NCBI GenBank assembly: GCA_050950285.1
Contig: JBMNHG010000004.1
Span: forward strand, 124,001 to 177,070
Length of the DNA stretch: 53,070 bases
Reading direction: 5' to 3'
From: Kiritimatiellia bacterium
GTDB lineage: Bacteria; Verrucomicrobiota; Kiritimatiellia; RFP12; JBMNHG01
Below, piece by piece: positions 21,601 to 29,557 of the stretch. Every line of letters begins with the position of its first letter. Position 1 is the first letter of the stretch. The notes beneath the pieces were generated by a model. That model saw only the letters and a list, made by a program, of their open reading frames with translations, was not told the DNA's origin and did no database searches. The translations under genes were made by a program, and so were the position numbers.

Positions 21601-23053
21601 GCGCATCGTCAACGTGGATATCGATGTGGACGCGAACCACGACGGTCAAATCAACGACACCGACGAGCCTTTGGAGGTGGACCCCGGCGGCTATGTGTGC
21701 GTCGGAACCAACAACCTGACGCCGGTCAAGCTGACGCTGGCCCCCGCCGGCCTGCCGGGCAGGCTGACCCTCTCGGCAACGATGGGCGGCCAGCGCATTA
21801 GAGTCTGGCGGAACGCCAACCGCACCGGCCAGATCGATCTGACCAAACAAGGCAATGTGGTTCCCGGCACGCTCTATGTCGAGGGCATTGCCCCCAGCGC
21901 GACCGCCCGCGACGTGGAACTCCGCCTCGAATACGACGAGAACCCGCCGGGCCAGAATAACAGCCTCTTCAAGTGCGAGGACAGGGTGAAGCTGACCGTC
22001 GTTCAAGTAGACTCCGTTGACGTCCATGCTTCCGACTCCGAGACGCACAAAATCCCTGCCGTCTTCGGGGCCGCACACGACGACCACTTCGTTTGCGTAA
22101 AAAATACCGGTGACATTGTCCTTAACGCCACAATATCCCCGAATGATCCGGAGGTTCTTGACCAGCTTGTCTGGGAAGCCGATGGCGCGACGATCACTTG
22201 TCCGGCGGTGGGAACGAACAAGCGGACAGCTAAGCTGTCGAGCGCAACTTCGCAAAAGATTCCGGTGCGAATTGAGGTTGGCGGATCTACGTGCTGGGAA
22301 GGGGCAACATGGGTTGTGTGGTCAAGCGGTCAGAAGGTAGCAGACCGTCCTATCCAAGCAGGAACCGCCACAATTCAAACAGGGGATGGAACTACGGGCC
22401 CAGGTATTCTTATTGGTGGAGGATACGACTTCAAGTTCACGATCACTCCAGCATCGCTTATTACCGACAGCGACCGTCCAGACCTTAGCGGAGCAAATCG
22501 TTACAGTGGATTCACGGTTGATCCCCCCGGTGCCGGAACGCTCCATTTCATTTTTGCCACCGATATTAAGGGTGGGGCGGCTGCAAAATGGGATGTAAGC
22601 CGCCGCATCAAAGCCAAAGTCCTTAATCCCCACCTATATGATCAGAACAAGCTCGATGTTGTTCCAGGAACCTTGTGGAGCAATCAGCCCGTAGCGACTG
22701 ATTTGCCAGTGGCTTTCCCTGGTGATGACCGCGCTGGCAATGACGACACGTCAACGGGGGATGAAAGCAACAATCCGTACTCCGCGTCGTCATCGCCACA
22801 TACTATTCATGCGGTTGGAGAAATTTCTTCCACGGATGCACCCAATCACCTGTTGCGGAATTCAACGGGAAGCGATGGCGACACGTTTGAGCTCAGATAT
22901 CACTTCGGAGAATTCGCCCGCGTGTTGCTGGCAGACCAATGGTACCGTTGCTCGGACTTCTTTGATTGGCGAGCGCATTTCAAGATCAGGCGACAAGCAG
23001 GGCAGTGGGTGAATGATGGTTCATCTGTTGCGTTGGACAATAGCGGCTTTTAG
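18608..23053 (+). CDS. Large exported mosaic protein: TPR N-terminus, beta-rich linker, variable lower-GC C-terminal domain (candidate polymorphic toxin)
   Basis: Signal-like AILVVLAAAPLLHA; TPR repeats (FLGEYPGSRFA, VVENHPGT); DVDANHDG motif; composition shift near 22000. Start 18608 (after TTGACG-N17-CATCAT) or 18674 (GGGAG RBS). Confidence 0.7.
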   Translation: MDGGSARPAAPRHAATVFAGVSMADCFRRLHTLRSARPAADPAILVVLAAAPLLHAAEAPDDPQWRQAADLYGKRHWADAEKAFLAYARRFPAPPRRADALVGAGACSLMLHDAPAARRHFEKAAYDEDARRKSPKAVAEAFDRLHALLLEEGASAARRARVLDDCRRRLPDCAALPRMQEREGDALLAAGLHRQAADRYMSAGAGLSPGGTNTLRLLRGCFSVSPPPLDGADAARLAEAVRAKPSCSAALCGLLSGRREGWLAEDVRARHLLDSGKASEAAAAWEEMLRRRRGPPDRIAFARCEALAAWKPGKGIEALEEWLERYKDSPLRERAAACHALLPARHGDPAEAASRLGAFLGEYPGSRFAPEARQALARARGASDRLEQLQAAQAAKEERRRRDPASADLERAESLLSQGRHADAEKAFLSFRDRRRHPLWGRAWHGLGKARHARGDTQGALAAWDDLWRRSLADTNVLCAARARRAAGDAWLEDLGEPARALKAYDEAASRTDFSDPAFDLNRGLALLMLGRAPEAAAVFTRRRDASAGDKAEFLRWDRLAKECAAGRLEPPPRGLLPVQRRARTDLAMADALLAAGEPARALRLYRRASAPLAGHEGADRCDLGMALALAALGRPKEALALYGRFTGDHGRSPLAAGALLRAGTLCASPRVNDFKGACQWFARVVENHPGTREAEAAEFYAATLAWRGRKWAEAEKLHKAFAANHPGSPLARVALDERLPAIARKSLEVPTGGGIDRTNTVYVAPGSRKRSAFPIVKEGAYSACLDIRSERAFKESHVEDVDPRDGTALWTGPTVKSPSWHRYHLSDAYSSQEYVMVRGTFAEPSGRGGGVGGGLPPFRVTVPSVDVDWAGFAGPADENGEEARFVVVPLNTNKADDIRGIKLHDPFDDDQRNGRPRFPHGKPVHPDITLHWEAGNPLALLGGTTVYTDKIGIDAGEVAWPLDYAVIPRHSAISFRIFARGQADNVTGEKAIDTIHGRIVNVDIDVDANHDGQINDTDEPLEVDPGGYVCVGTNNLTPVKLTLAPAGLPGRLTLSATMGGQRIRVWRNANRTGQIDLTKQGNVVPGTLYVEGIAPSATARDVELRLEYDENPPGQNNSLFKCEDRVKLTVVQVDSVDVHASDSETHKIPAVFGAAHDDHFVCVKNTGDIVLNATISPNDPEVLDQLVWEADGATITCPAVGTNKRTAKLSSATSQKIPVRIEVGGSTCWEGATWVVWSSGQKVADRPIQAGTATIQTGDGTTGPGILIGGGYDFKFTITPASLITDSDRPDLSGANRYSGFTVDPPGAGTLHFIFATDIKGGAAAKWDVSRRIKAKVLNPHLYDQNKLDVVPGTLWSNQPVATDLPVAFPGDDRAGNDDTSTGDESNNPYSASSSPHTIHAVGEISSTDAPNHLLRNSTGSDGDTFELRYHFGEFARVLLADQWYRCSDFFDWRAHFKIRRQAGQWVNDGSSVALDNSGF

Positions 23054-23070
23054 CGAAAGGAAGGTGATCC

Positions 23071-23577
23071 ATGATTCACAGGTGTATCATGGTGGCGGGT
23101 GCTATGCTCGGAAGTATTATCATGTGCAATGTGTTCGCTGAGACTCCAAAACAGCCAAGAGAGAAGTTGCAGAACCTCGCCGATTCTGGCGACACTCTTG
23201 GACGGAACTTGCTTTCTGCGATTCAAAAGGGAGATCGGTCTTCCATCAGGACGAATGCGCAATCGCTCGTGGCGGCGGATCATTTTGATGTAGTCGTCGA
23301 TCTTCTTCGTGATCCCTCGGACGTAGTCAAACAGGAGGCTGCTTCGGCGCTGGCGATGGTGAAGCGCAAAGCAGTCGCCGCTGCTTTACTGGATTCATAT
23401 GCGATGTTGGATGTCGCAGTCAGGGGTGGCGATGAGGCGCAACTGCTTCGGAAGAGAACCACAACTGTTTATGAAAATGCCCTTGCACAGATGACTGGCG
23501 TGCAAATCAATCAGGAATGGGATAGGGAACAAAAGCACAAGACGTTCCAGGCCGCAATTCGGCGCATGCCCGAGTAA
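23071..23577 (+). CDS. Small exported HEAT-repeat-like protein, candidate immunity protein
   Basis: GGAAGG RBS, signal peptide ending VFA-E, LLRDPSDVVKQEAASAL; same lower GC as upstream C-terminal domain. Confidence 0.65.
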   Translation: MIHRCIMVAGAMLGSIIMCNVFAETPKQPREKLQNLADSGDTLGRNLLSAIQKGDRSSIRTNAQSLVAADHFDVVVDLLRDPSDVVKQEAASALAMVKRKAVAAALLDSYAMLDVAVRGGDEAQLLRKRTTTVYENALAQMTGVQINQEWDREQKHKTFQAAIRRMPE

Positions 23578-23797
23578 TGTCCATGGAAACTGCCTTCCTT
23601 CCCGCCCCGAGCCTGTCCGCGTCATCTGCTTACGCACAGGAAAAAGAAGGAGAGCCATCAGGGAAATTACGAAATGGGAAACTAGGGGACAGGGCTCGCT
23701 CCGATTCTCCGCCGGATGCCGGTGCGAACTCGGCGAAAACGTAGAAAACATGCGCCTAGCCGCCGACCCGGCCAGACGCGGAAAGAGTGATTCGAAC

Positions 23798-24151
23798 ATG
23801 GGAAACGACTCGTTCTCCCTGATGAAAAGCGGAAAGCTGTACCTCTGCACCGACCCGGCGCTCATGGCGCTCCAGTCCCAATGCATGGAACGGCAATACG
23901 ACTACAACAGGACGCGCCCGCGCGAAACGGCGCGGCGCACGGAACTGCTCCGCGGGATTTTCGGCGCCGTCGGCAAGAACTGCTGTTTCGAACCGCCCCT
24001 GCACGCCAACTGGGGGATCAACACCCGCGTCGGCGACGGCGTATACGCGAATTTCAACCTGACGCTCGTGGACGACGCCGACGTGGAAATCGGCTCCTTC
24101 ACGATGATCGGGCCGAACGTCGTCATCGCGACCGCGCAGCATCCGGTCGAC
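23798..24151 (+). pseudogene. N-terminal fragment of maltose/galactoside O-acetyltransferase (Maa/LacA family)
   Basis: MKSGKLY...EPPLHANWG...YANFNLTLVDD...IGPNVVIATAQHPVD, then homology stops. Confidence 0.8.
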
Positions 24152-24329
24152 GCCGACGGCGACGGCGCGATCGACGACGCCGACGAGCCCTTGGAGGTGG
24201 ACCCCGGCGGCTATGTCTGCGTCTGCACGAACAACCTGACCCCGATCATGCTCACGCTTCAGCCCGCCGGACTGACCGGGCAGGCTGACCCTCTCGGCGA
24301 CGATGGGTGGGGACCGAATCCGCGTCTGG
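24146..24329 (+). pseudogene. Diverged second copy of the linker domain of the 18608..23053 protein
   Basis: VDADGDGAIDDADEPLEVDPGGYVCVCTNNLTP...RLTLSATMGGDRIRVW matches 21626..21808; one extra A at 24275. Confidence 0.85.
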
Positions 24330-24366
24330 TGGGACGCCGGGCGCATGATCGAAGTGCCACTGACCA

Positions 24367-24496
24367 CCGGCGCCGTCCCTTCCGGCCCTTCCGCCCCGCG
24401 CGGCTCGATGGCCTGCGTCACGGGCGTTTTCGGGCTGAACTGCGCGTCCATCGTCCTGCGCGCGCTCGCGGGACGCTGACCCCCCCGGCTCGCCCC
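24367..24496 (+). repeat. 130-bp direct repeat, right copy (duplicated tcdA 3' end)
   Basis: Encodes ...GSMACVTGVFGLNCASIVLRALAGR* as in tcdA. Confidence 0.9.
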
Positions 24497-24510
24497 CTGC
24501 GCACTCGGGG

Positions 24511-24538
24511 TTGCACATCCGCCGGAACCTGCTATCCT
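24511..24538 (+). promoter_or_regulatory. Putative sigma-70 promoter for the TPP leader
   Basis: TTGCAC-N16-TATCCT with TGn extended -10. Confidence 0.5.
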
Positions 24539-24546
24539 CGTTCCCA

Positions 24547-24637
24547 ATCTTTCGGGGTGCTACGCGGCACAGACGCCGCGATGCTGAGATCAAACCCGAT
24601 GAAACCTGATCAGGGTAATGCCTGCGGAGGGAAAAGG
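24547..24637 (+). ncRNA. TPP (THI-box) riboswitch
   Basis: GGGGTGC...GCTGAGA..ACCC..GAAACCTGATCAGGGTAATGCCTGCGGAGGG; 3' P1 strand overlaps the RBS, suggesting translational control. Confidence 0.93.
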
Positions 24638-25771
24638 ATGAAAACCGGTGTCTTCACCAATGGGTTGATCTGGTTCGGCGCAGCGGTCTCCATCGCGGAG
24701 ATGGAGGCGGGATTCTCCATGGGCGGAAACGTCGCCGCCCTTGTGCTTGGACACCTGTTCGGCGGGTGCATGCTCTACGGCGCAGGGTTGGTCGGAGCGA
24801 CCACCGGCCGGTGCGCGATGGAGACAACCGCTGCGACGTTTGGCCGCCCCGGAATGCGCTTCTTCGCCTTCCTCAATCTCTTGCAGCTCGTCGGCTGGAC
24901 CGCCGTCATGATCGCGCAGGGCGCCTCCGCTATCGCGATGATCGGCAACTTCCCGCGATTGTTGCCCTACCTGATGCTGACGACACTCATCGGCGTGTGG
25001 ATCTTCGTCGCGTTCAGCGACCGCTTCCACCTCGCGACCTTGGCCGTGGGACTGCTCGCCGTGCTGTGCGTGGCGCTGACCTTCCGACTCGCCAGACTGC
25101 CACCGTCCACGACGAAGGCACTCCCGGTGTCTTCCGGCTTCTGGCCCGCCTTCGAGGTCTCCATCGCCATGCCCTTGTCGTGGCTCCCGTTGATTTCGGA
25201 TTACACCTCGACCGCGAAACGTCCATACGCCGCAACGGCGACCTCCACCATCGTCTACACCCTCACAAGCCTCTGGATGTACGCGCTGGGCATGCTTCTG
25301 GCGCACATCGGCGCCGAAAGCGTCGCGGACGGCATCGTCCGGGCCGGACTGGGCGTGGCGGGGCTGTTTGTCGTCGTCTTTTCCACGGTCACGACCACCT
25401 TCCTCGACGCCTATTCCGCCGGGGTGTCCGTGAAGTCCATCCTGCCCCGAATTCCGCCGCGACTGGCCGGGGTGGTTGTTTGCGCGATCGGCGGTGTACT
25501 TGCCATTCTCGGCATCCTCGACCGCTACATCGACTTCCTCTACTTCATCTCGTCCGTCTTTGCGCCGATGGCCGCAGTATTCTTGGTGGATCGATACCTC
25601 GTCCGGCGCGGGTTCAGAGTCTGGAACCTTCTGTCATGGGTCGCGGGGTTCGTCACGTACCACGTCGCCACGGCGTCGCCAATCGGACCAACCCTCTCGG
25701 CCATTGCCGTCTCCTCGACCCTGGCGCTGGGCGGATGGCTTCCCGGTTCCCAGCGCCGGGGGAGGAGATGA
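24638..25771 (+). CDS. cytX: Putative hydroxymethylpyrimidine transporter (NCS1 family)
   Basis: GLIWFGAAVSIAE, QLVGWTAVMI, MPLSWLPLISDYT, STVTTTFLDAYSAG; under a TPP riboswitch. Confidence 0.85.
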   Translation: MKTGVFTNGLIWFGAAVSIAEMEAGFSMGGNVAALVLGHLFGGCMLYGAGLVGATTGRCAMETTAATFGRPGMRFFAFLNLLQLVGWTAVMIAQGASAIAMIGNFPRLLPYLMLTTLIGVWIFVAFSDRFHLATLAVGLLAVLCVALTFRLARLPPSTTKALPVSSGFWPAFEVSIAMPLSWLPLISDYTSTAKRPYAATATSTIVYTLTSLWMYALGMLLAHIGAESVADGIVRAGLGVAGLFVVVFSTVTTTFLDAYSAGVSVKSILPRIPPRLAGVVVCAIGGVLAILGILDRYIDFLYFISSVFAPMAAVFLVDRYLVRRGFRVWNLLSWVAGFVTYHVATASPIGPTLSAIAVSSTLALGGWLPGSQRRGRR

Positions 25772-25796
25772 CGTTGATCGTCGTCCCGTGCCTGCA

Positions 25797-27074
25797 TCAA
25801 GGCAGGATCGCCCCGTGTTCCAGGAGGGTCGCGCGGAGATCGTCCATCGGGACGGATTCGGCGGGGACGCCCTGCCGGACGGACAGGACGGCGAGCGCAC
25901 CGGCGGCCTGGCCTGTGGCCATGCACGTGGGCTGGGTGCGAAGAGCGCTGTTGGCGAGATGGTCGCTGGAGAGGATGCGCCCGGCGACGAGCAAATCCGG
26001 CACGCCGCGCGCGATGGTCGCCCCGCGCGGGACGGTCGCGACGACGCCGGGCTTCAGGTTCTCCGTTTCCCAGTCCGTGGAACGAAGCCCATGGGCGTCG
26101 ATCGGATAGAACGAATAGCAGACCGCATCGGGGAAGACGCGTCCGGAGCAGTAGTCTTCCCGCGTGACGGTTTCAAGGCCTTCCACCGTTACGCTCTCGC
26201 GCACGCCGACCTCGGGGAAGACGTTGTCGAGCGAGAGTTTCTCCAGCCCGGGTTGCGTGCGAAGCCAGCGGACGATACGCCTCACGGATGCCCTGGCTTC
26301 GACTTCGAGGGCCGTGCGACCGCGCGCCGTGGCGCAGTCCGGCGTGGCGGGGATGTGGTTCGCATTCCGGCCGTGCTTGTAGAGGAGCTGCCGGACTTGC
26401 GGCTTGTCGATCTGCCAGCAGGCGTCCTCCGCACGCAGTTCGCCCGCTTCCACGGCCTGCACGAATGCGGCGTCGAGGCGGTCGCGATCGAGCTTGGCGT
26501 CGTCGTAGCCCGAGAGGTCGAAGGAGAGCGTGGCCGGCTGGCAATCGGGGCTGGAGCGAATCGTGGCGCCCGCGAGGCGCGAGGCGATGGCGTCTCCGGA
26601 ACAATCGACGACGCGCCGTGCGGACAGCGTTTCCAGGCCGTCCCGTCCGCATACGGCCAGCGTCCATCCGTCCTCGGGATCCCGTTCCATCGCGCCCGGC
26701 ATGGCGTGCAACCGCAGCTCCACGCCGGCGTCCAGGACCGCCTCGTCGCAAAGGGCGCTGTAGAGCATGGGATCCATCGGAATCTGGAGCTTCCACCACT
26801 GGAGGTCCGGATTCGGCCAGTCCGGCATCGGCATGCGCGCTTCGTCCAGCGCCTTCGTCACCAGCTCCCAGCCGATCCCGCCGCAAATCTGCTTTCCCCA
26901 GGCGTGGAACATCCCCGGACGCGCAATCCCGGAGTTTACGATCGTGCCGCCCAGCCGCGCCGACGCCTCGATCAAGACAACCCGCGCACCCAGTCGGCCC
27001 GCCTGGATCGCGGCACACGTTCCAGCCGTACCGCCGCCAATCACGGCGACGTCGTAACAAAATGATCGTTCCAT
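25797..27074 (-). CDS. FAD-dependent oxidoreductase
   Basis: DVAVIGGGTAG, VDCSGDA, GVRES, LLVAGR, CMATGQAAG. Confidence 0.85.
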   Translation of the reverse strand: MERSFCYDVAVIGGGTAGTCAAIQAGRLGARVVLIEASARLGGTIVNSGIARPGMFHAWGKQICGGIGWELVTKALDEARMPMPDWPNPDLQWWKLQIPMDPMLYSALCDEAVLDAGVELRLHAMPGAMERDPEDGWTLAVCGRDGLETLSARRVVDCSGDAIASRLAGATIRSSPDCQPATLSFDLSGYDDAKLDRDRLDAAFVQAVEAGELRAEDACWQIDKPQVRQLLYKHGRNANHIPATPDCATARGRTALEVEARASVRRIVRWLRTQPGLEKLSLDNVFPEVGVRESVTVEGLETVTREDYCSGRVFPDAVCYSFYPIDAHGLRSTDWETENLKPGVVATVPRGATIARGVPDLLVAGRILSSDHLANSALRTQPTCMATGQAAGALAVLSVRQGVPAESVPMDDLRATLLEHGAILP

Positions 27075-27156
27075 GCCATGAAGCATACACGATTGGCGCG
27101 AGCCATGCCACGGAAGATGCAGGCCGGTCGGAAACGGCAGGCCGGGATAGGCCTTA

Positions 27157-27306
27157 CCAACTCGGCCACAATTCATACTGCAAAACAGGGGCACGGGTTT
27201 TCCAACCCGTGACACGGACAGGAATGTCCATGCCCCTTTCCCAACTCCAAATTCCAGTTCCCAATGCCTCAATCTCCGTGCGCAACGCTATTTGTGGCCG
27301 GGTTAG
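27157..27306. mobile_element. ~150-bp MITE with internal REP-like hairpins, copy 2
   Basis: Near-identical to 5238..5388, same terminal inverted repeats. Confidence 0.8.
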
Positions 27307-28367
27307 TAACGATGGGTGAAGGCTACGGAAAGGGTCGTATCGTCGGCCTTTCGCGACAGGCGATGGCGGCGCACGCCCGTTGCCGGATCTTCGACGAGTT
27401 CGCTCGTTACGATGTCGCCGGGAATTGCGCCGACGCGGAAGACCATGTCGAGCCGGGACGGACGGCCGGGTTTGGCGAGGGGCTCGAAGAGCCAGTCGAT
27501 GAAACGGATGTGGTTGACGTGACGGTTCACGTCGGTGTCGGAGTGTCGCACGGAAAGGGTCGCCACGAGGGGGGGGCCGTCCCCCAGGGGTTGCTTGGGA
27601 TCGGGGGGATCCCTCTCCGCGACGGGGGCGCGGGGCGTCCCCTCCGGCGCCATTTCGGCGAAGTTGGCGGGGAGTCGCGCGATTTTCCCCGTGGTGGCAT
27701 CGATGTTGAGCCACTCGGTGTTCGCCGTGGCGAGAAGCGCGCCCTTGGCATCGTGCACGAGGAAGTCGCGAAGCGCGAGAAGCCGGCCTTTCGTGCCCGA
27801 CGGCCAGGTGTGGATGGCAATGGTCTCCCCCCACGTCGGCCAGTGGTGGAATTCGACGGTGATGCGGGCGAGCATCCACGAATGGGTGGACGGGGTGAGG
27901 AGGGGCATGCCGTAACCCAGGATCGCGGCATGGGTCGTGGCGGATTCCTGAAGCCAATTGCAGATCGCGGACGGACGAACCCGTCCGTCTTCGTCCAGAT
28001 CGGAGATTCCCACGGAGAATGAACGGCGAAGCAGGTTTTGGGGGGTTGCCTCTGGGGAAAACAGGTTGCGCTGGCGTGCACGGGATGCGGCCATCAGCGT
28101 TTCCATGACCGAAGCGACGGCGTCGCGATCCCCCTCGTCCACGTGGCTTTTGGCCTTTTCCAGCACTTCGGCCTCGCGCGCCGGATCGAGAACCGGGATC
28201 CCGGCCGCCCATTTGGCTTCGCCAATCTTCGTGGAAAGCGCCATGCGGCGCGAGACCAGCGAGGCGATTTCCCGGTCGACAGAATCGATGTCGTCACGCC
28301 ATTGCGAGAGGATGTCGCGATCGGATCGGGCGCAGTCCGATGGAGGATGGGGGGTTGGGGTCGTCAT
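27303..28367 (-). CDS. Chorismate mutase (AroQ) fused to acyl-ACP thioesterase
   Basis: WRDDIDSVDREI..RR..K..DPARE..SRARQ followed by LQESA, WMLAR, HTWP, RDF, DTDVNRHVNH. Confidence 0.85.
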   Translation of the reverse strand: MTTPTPHPPSDCARSDRDILSQWRDDIDSVDREIASLVSRRMALSTKIGEAKWAAGIPVLDPAREAEVLEKAKSHVDEGDRDAVASVMETLMAASRARQRNLFSPEATPQNLLRRSFSVGISDLDEDGRVRPSAICNWLQESATTHAAILGYGMPLLTPSTHSWMLARITVEFHHWPTWGETIAIHTWPSGTKGRLLALRDFLVHDAKGALLATANTEWLNIDATTGKIARLPANFAEMAPEGTPRAPVAERDPPDPKQPLGDGPPLVATLSVRHSDTDVNRHVNHIRFIDWLFEPLAKPGRPSRLDMVFRVGAIPGDIVTSELVEDPATGVRRHRLSRKADDTTLSVAFTHRY

Positions 28368-28382
28368 GGGGAACAGCGGAGG

Positions 28383-29300
28383 CTAGGCGTCTGCCGGATG
28401 GATGGAGGCGGGGTCGTTGTCGGAGGGCGGCTCGCGGCGTCCGCCCCAGCCGAGTTTTTCGCTGAGGACAAGGAAACGGTCGTGGCCGGGGAGGTGGAGG
28501 ATGTCCACCGTGCGCGGGCTGCGCCGGAGCTCCAGGCGGTCTCCGTCCTCGAGGTGGAGCACGTTGTGGCCGTCGACGGAGGCTACGGCGGGGCGTTCGC
28601 GCGTTGCACGGAGGGCGCGGAGGCCGATCGCGGAATCTTCCGAGAAAACGAGCGGGCGGGCGCCGAGGGCGTGCGGGCAGATGACGGAAAGGGCGAAGAC
28701 GCCGGCTTCCGGCAGGATGACAGGACCGCCGGCGGAGAGGGAATAGGCGGTGGACCCGGTGGGCGTCGAGACGATGATGCCATCGCAGGCGAAGGTTGTG
28801 ACGGAATGCCCGTCGATGTCCACGGCGATTTTCTCGAGGTGCAGTCCGGCACCGCGGCTGAGCACGAACTCGTTCAGCGCGTCGGGCAGCTCGTCCACCG
28901 AACCATCGGCGCGGAGGCACCGGCCTGCGAGCATGGTCCGGGGGCTGTGGAGGACGGTGTCCGCGAGAAGGGCGTCGAAGAGGGCGTCGAGTTGCGGCAC
29001 CTGTGCGGCGGTAAGGTAGCCGAGGTGGCCGATGTTGACCCCGGCGAGCGGGAGGTTCGAGCCATGGAGGGCGTGCGCGGCCCGGAGCATCGCCCCATCC
29101 CCGCCGATACAGACCACGGCCTCGACGCCGGAAGCGGCGAAATCGCGCGGTTCGCACGGCGTGCCGGTGCGCACGAGCGCGAGATCCTCCGGCGTGCCGA
29201 ACAACGCCATGCCGCGAGCCGTCGCGCATTCGCCCGCGAGGGTTGCGGCTTCCAGGGCATTGGGTTTGATGCGGTTTACCAGGATTCCAATTCGTTTCAT
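28383..29300 (-). CDS. nadK: NAD kinase
   Basis: GGDGAML, GHLGYL, ALNE, DGIIVSTPTGSTAYSLSAGGP. Confidence 0.95.
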   Translation of the reverse strand: MKRIGILVNRIKPNALEAATLAGECATARGMALFGTPEDLALVRTGTPCEPRDFAASGVEAVVCIGGDGAMLRAAHALHGSNLPLAGVNIGHLGYLTAAQVPQLDALFDALLADTVLHSPRTMLAGRCLRADGSVDELPDALNEFVLSRGAGLHLEKIAVDIDGHSVTTFACDGIIVSTPTGSTAYSLSAGGPVILPEAGVFALSVICPHALGARPLVFSEDSAIGLRALRATRERPAVASVDGHNVLHLEDGDRLELRRSPRTVDILHLPGHDRFLVLSEKLGWGGRREPPSDNDPASIHPADA

Positions 29301-29473
29301 CGTGACCACCTCCCGAATCCACGACGGGATACGGCGTCCAGACGATGGGCAAGGGGTGCTGGGCCGGGGTTTGAAACCGCGTCCAATATCGTGGACATCC
29401 GCCGATGGTGTCAAGGGAGGATTGGAGCGGACGATCCCGGTTTTGGGGGAGGGGGATGTTTTTTCCCGCCCCC

Positions 29474-29510
29474 GGGGAAACGGGGGAAACGGGGGAAACG
29501 GGGTTCGGGG
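29474..29510 (+). repeat. GGGGGAAAC-type short tandem repeat, G-quadruplex-competent
   Basis: GGGG-AAAC-GGGGG-AAAC-GGGGG-AAAC-GGGG-TTC-GGGG. Confidence 0.6.
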
Positions 29511-29557
29511 CCCTCGTCCTCCATCCCGACGTGGATGCCGGTCTTTCGCCGGAGCGA

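Noticed and set aside
21626..24329. Duplicated segments as a DGR template/variable repeat pair
   Set aside because: Mismatches are not adenine-specific and no reverse transcriptase is present
23750..25771. 673-aa ORF as an acetyltransferase-CytX fusion
   Set aside because: It reads through pseudogene fragments, a promoter and the TPP riboswitch; cytX has its own RBS and ATG at 24638
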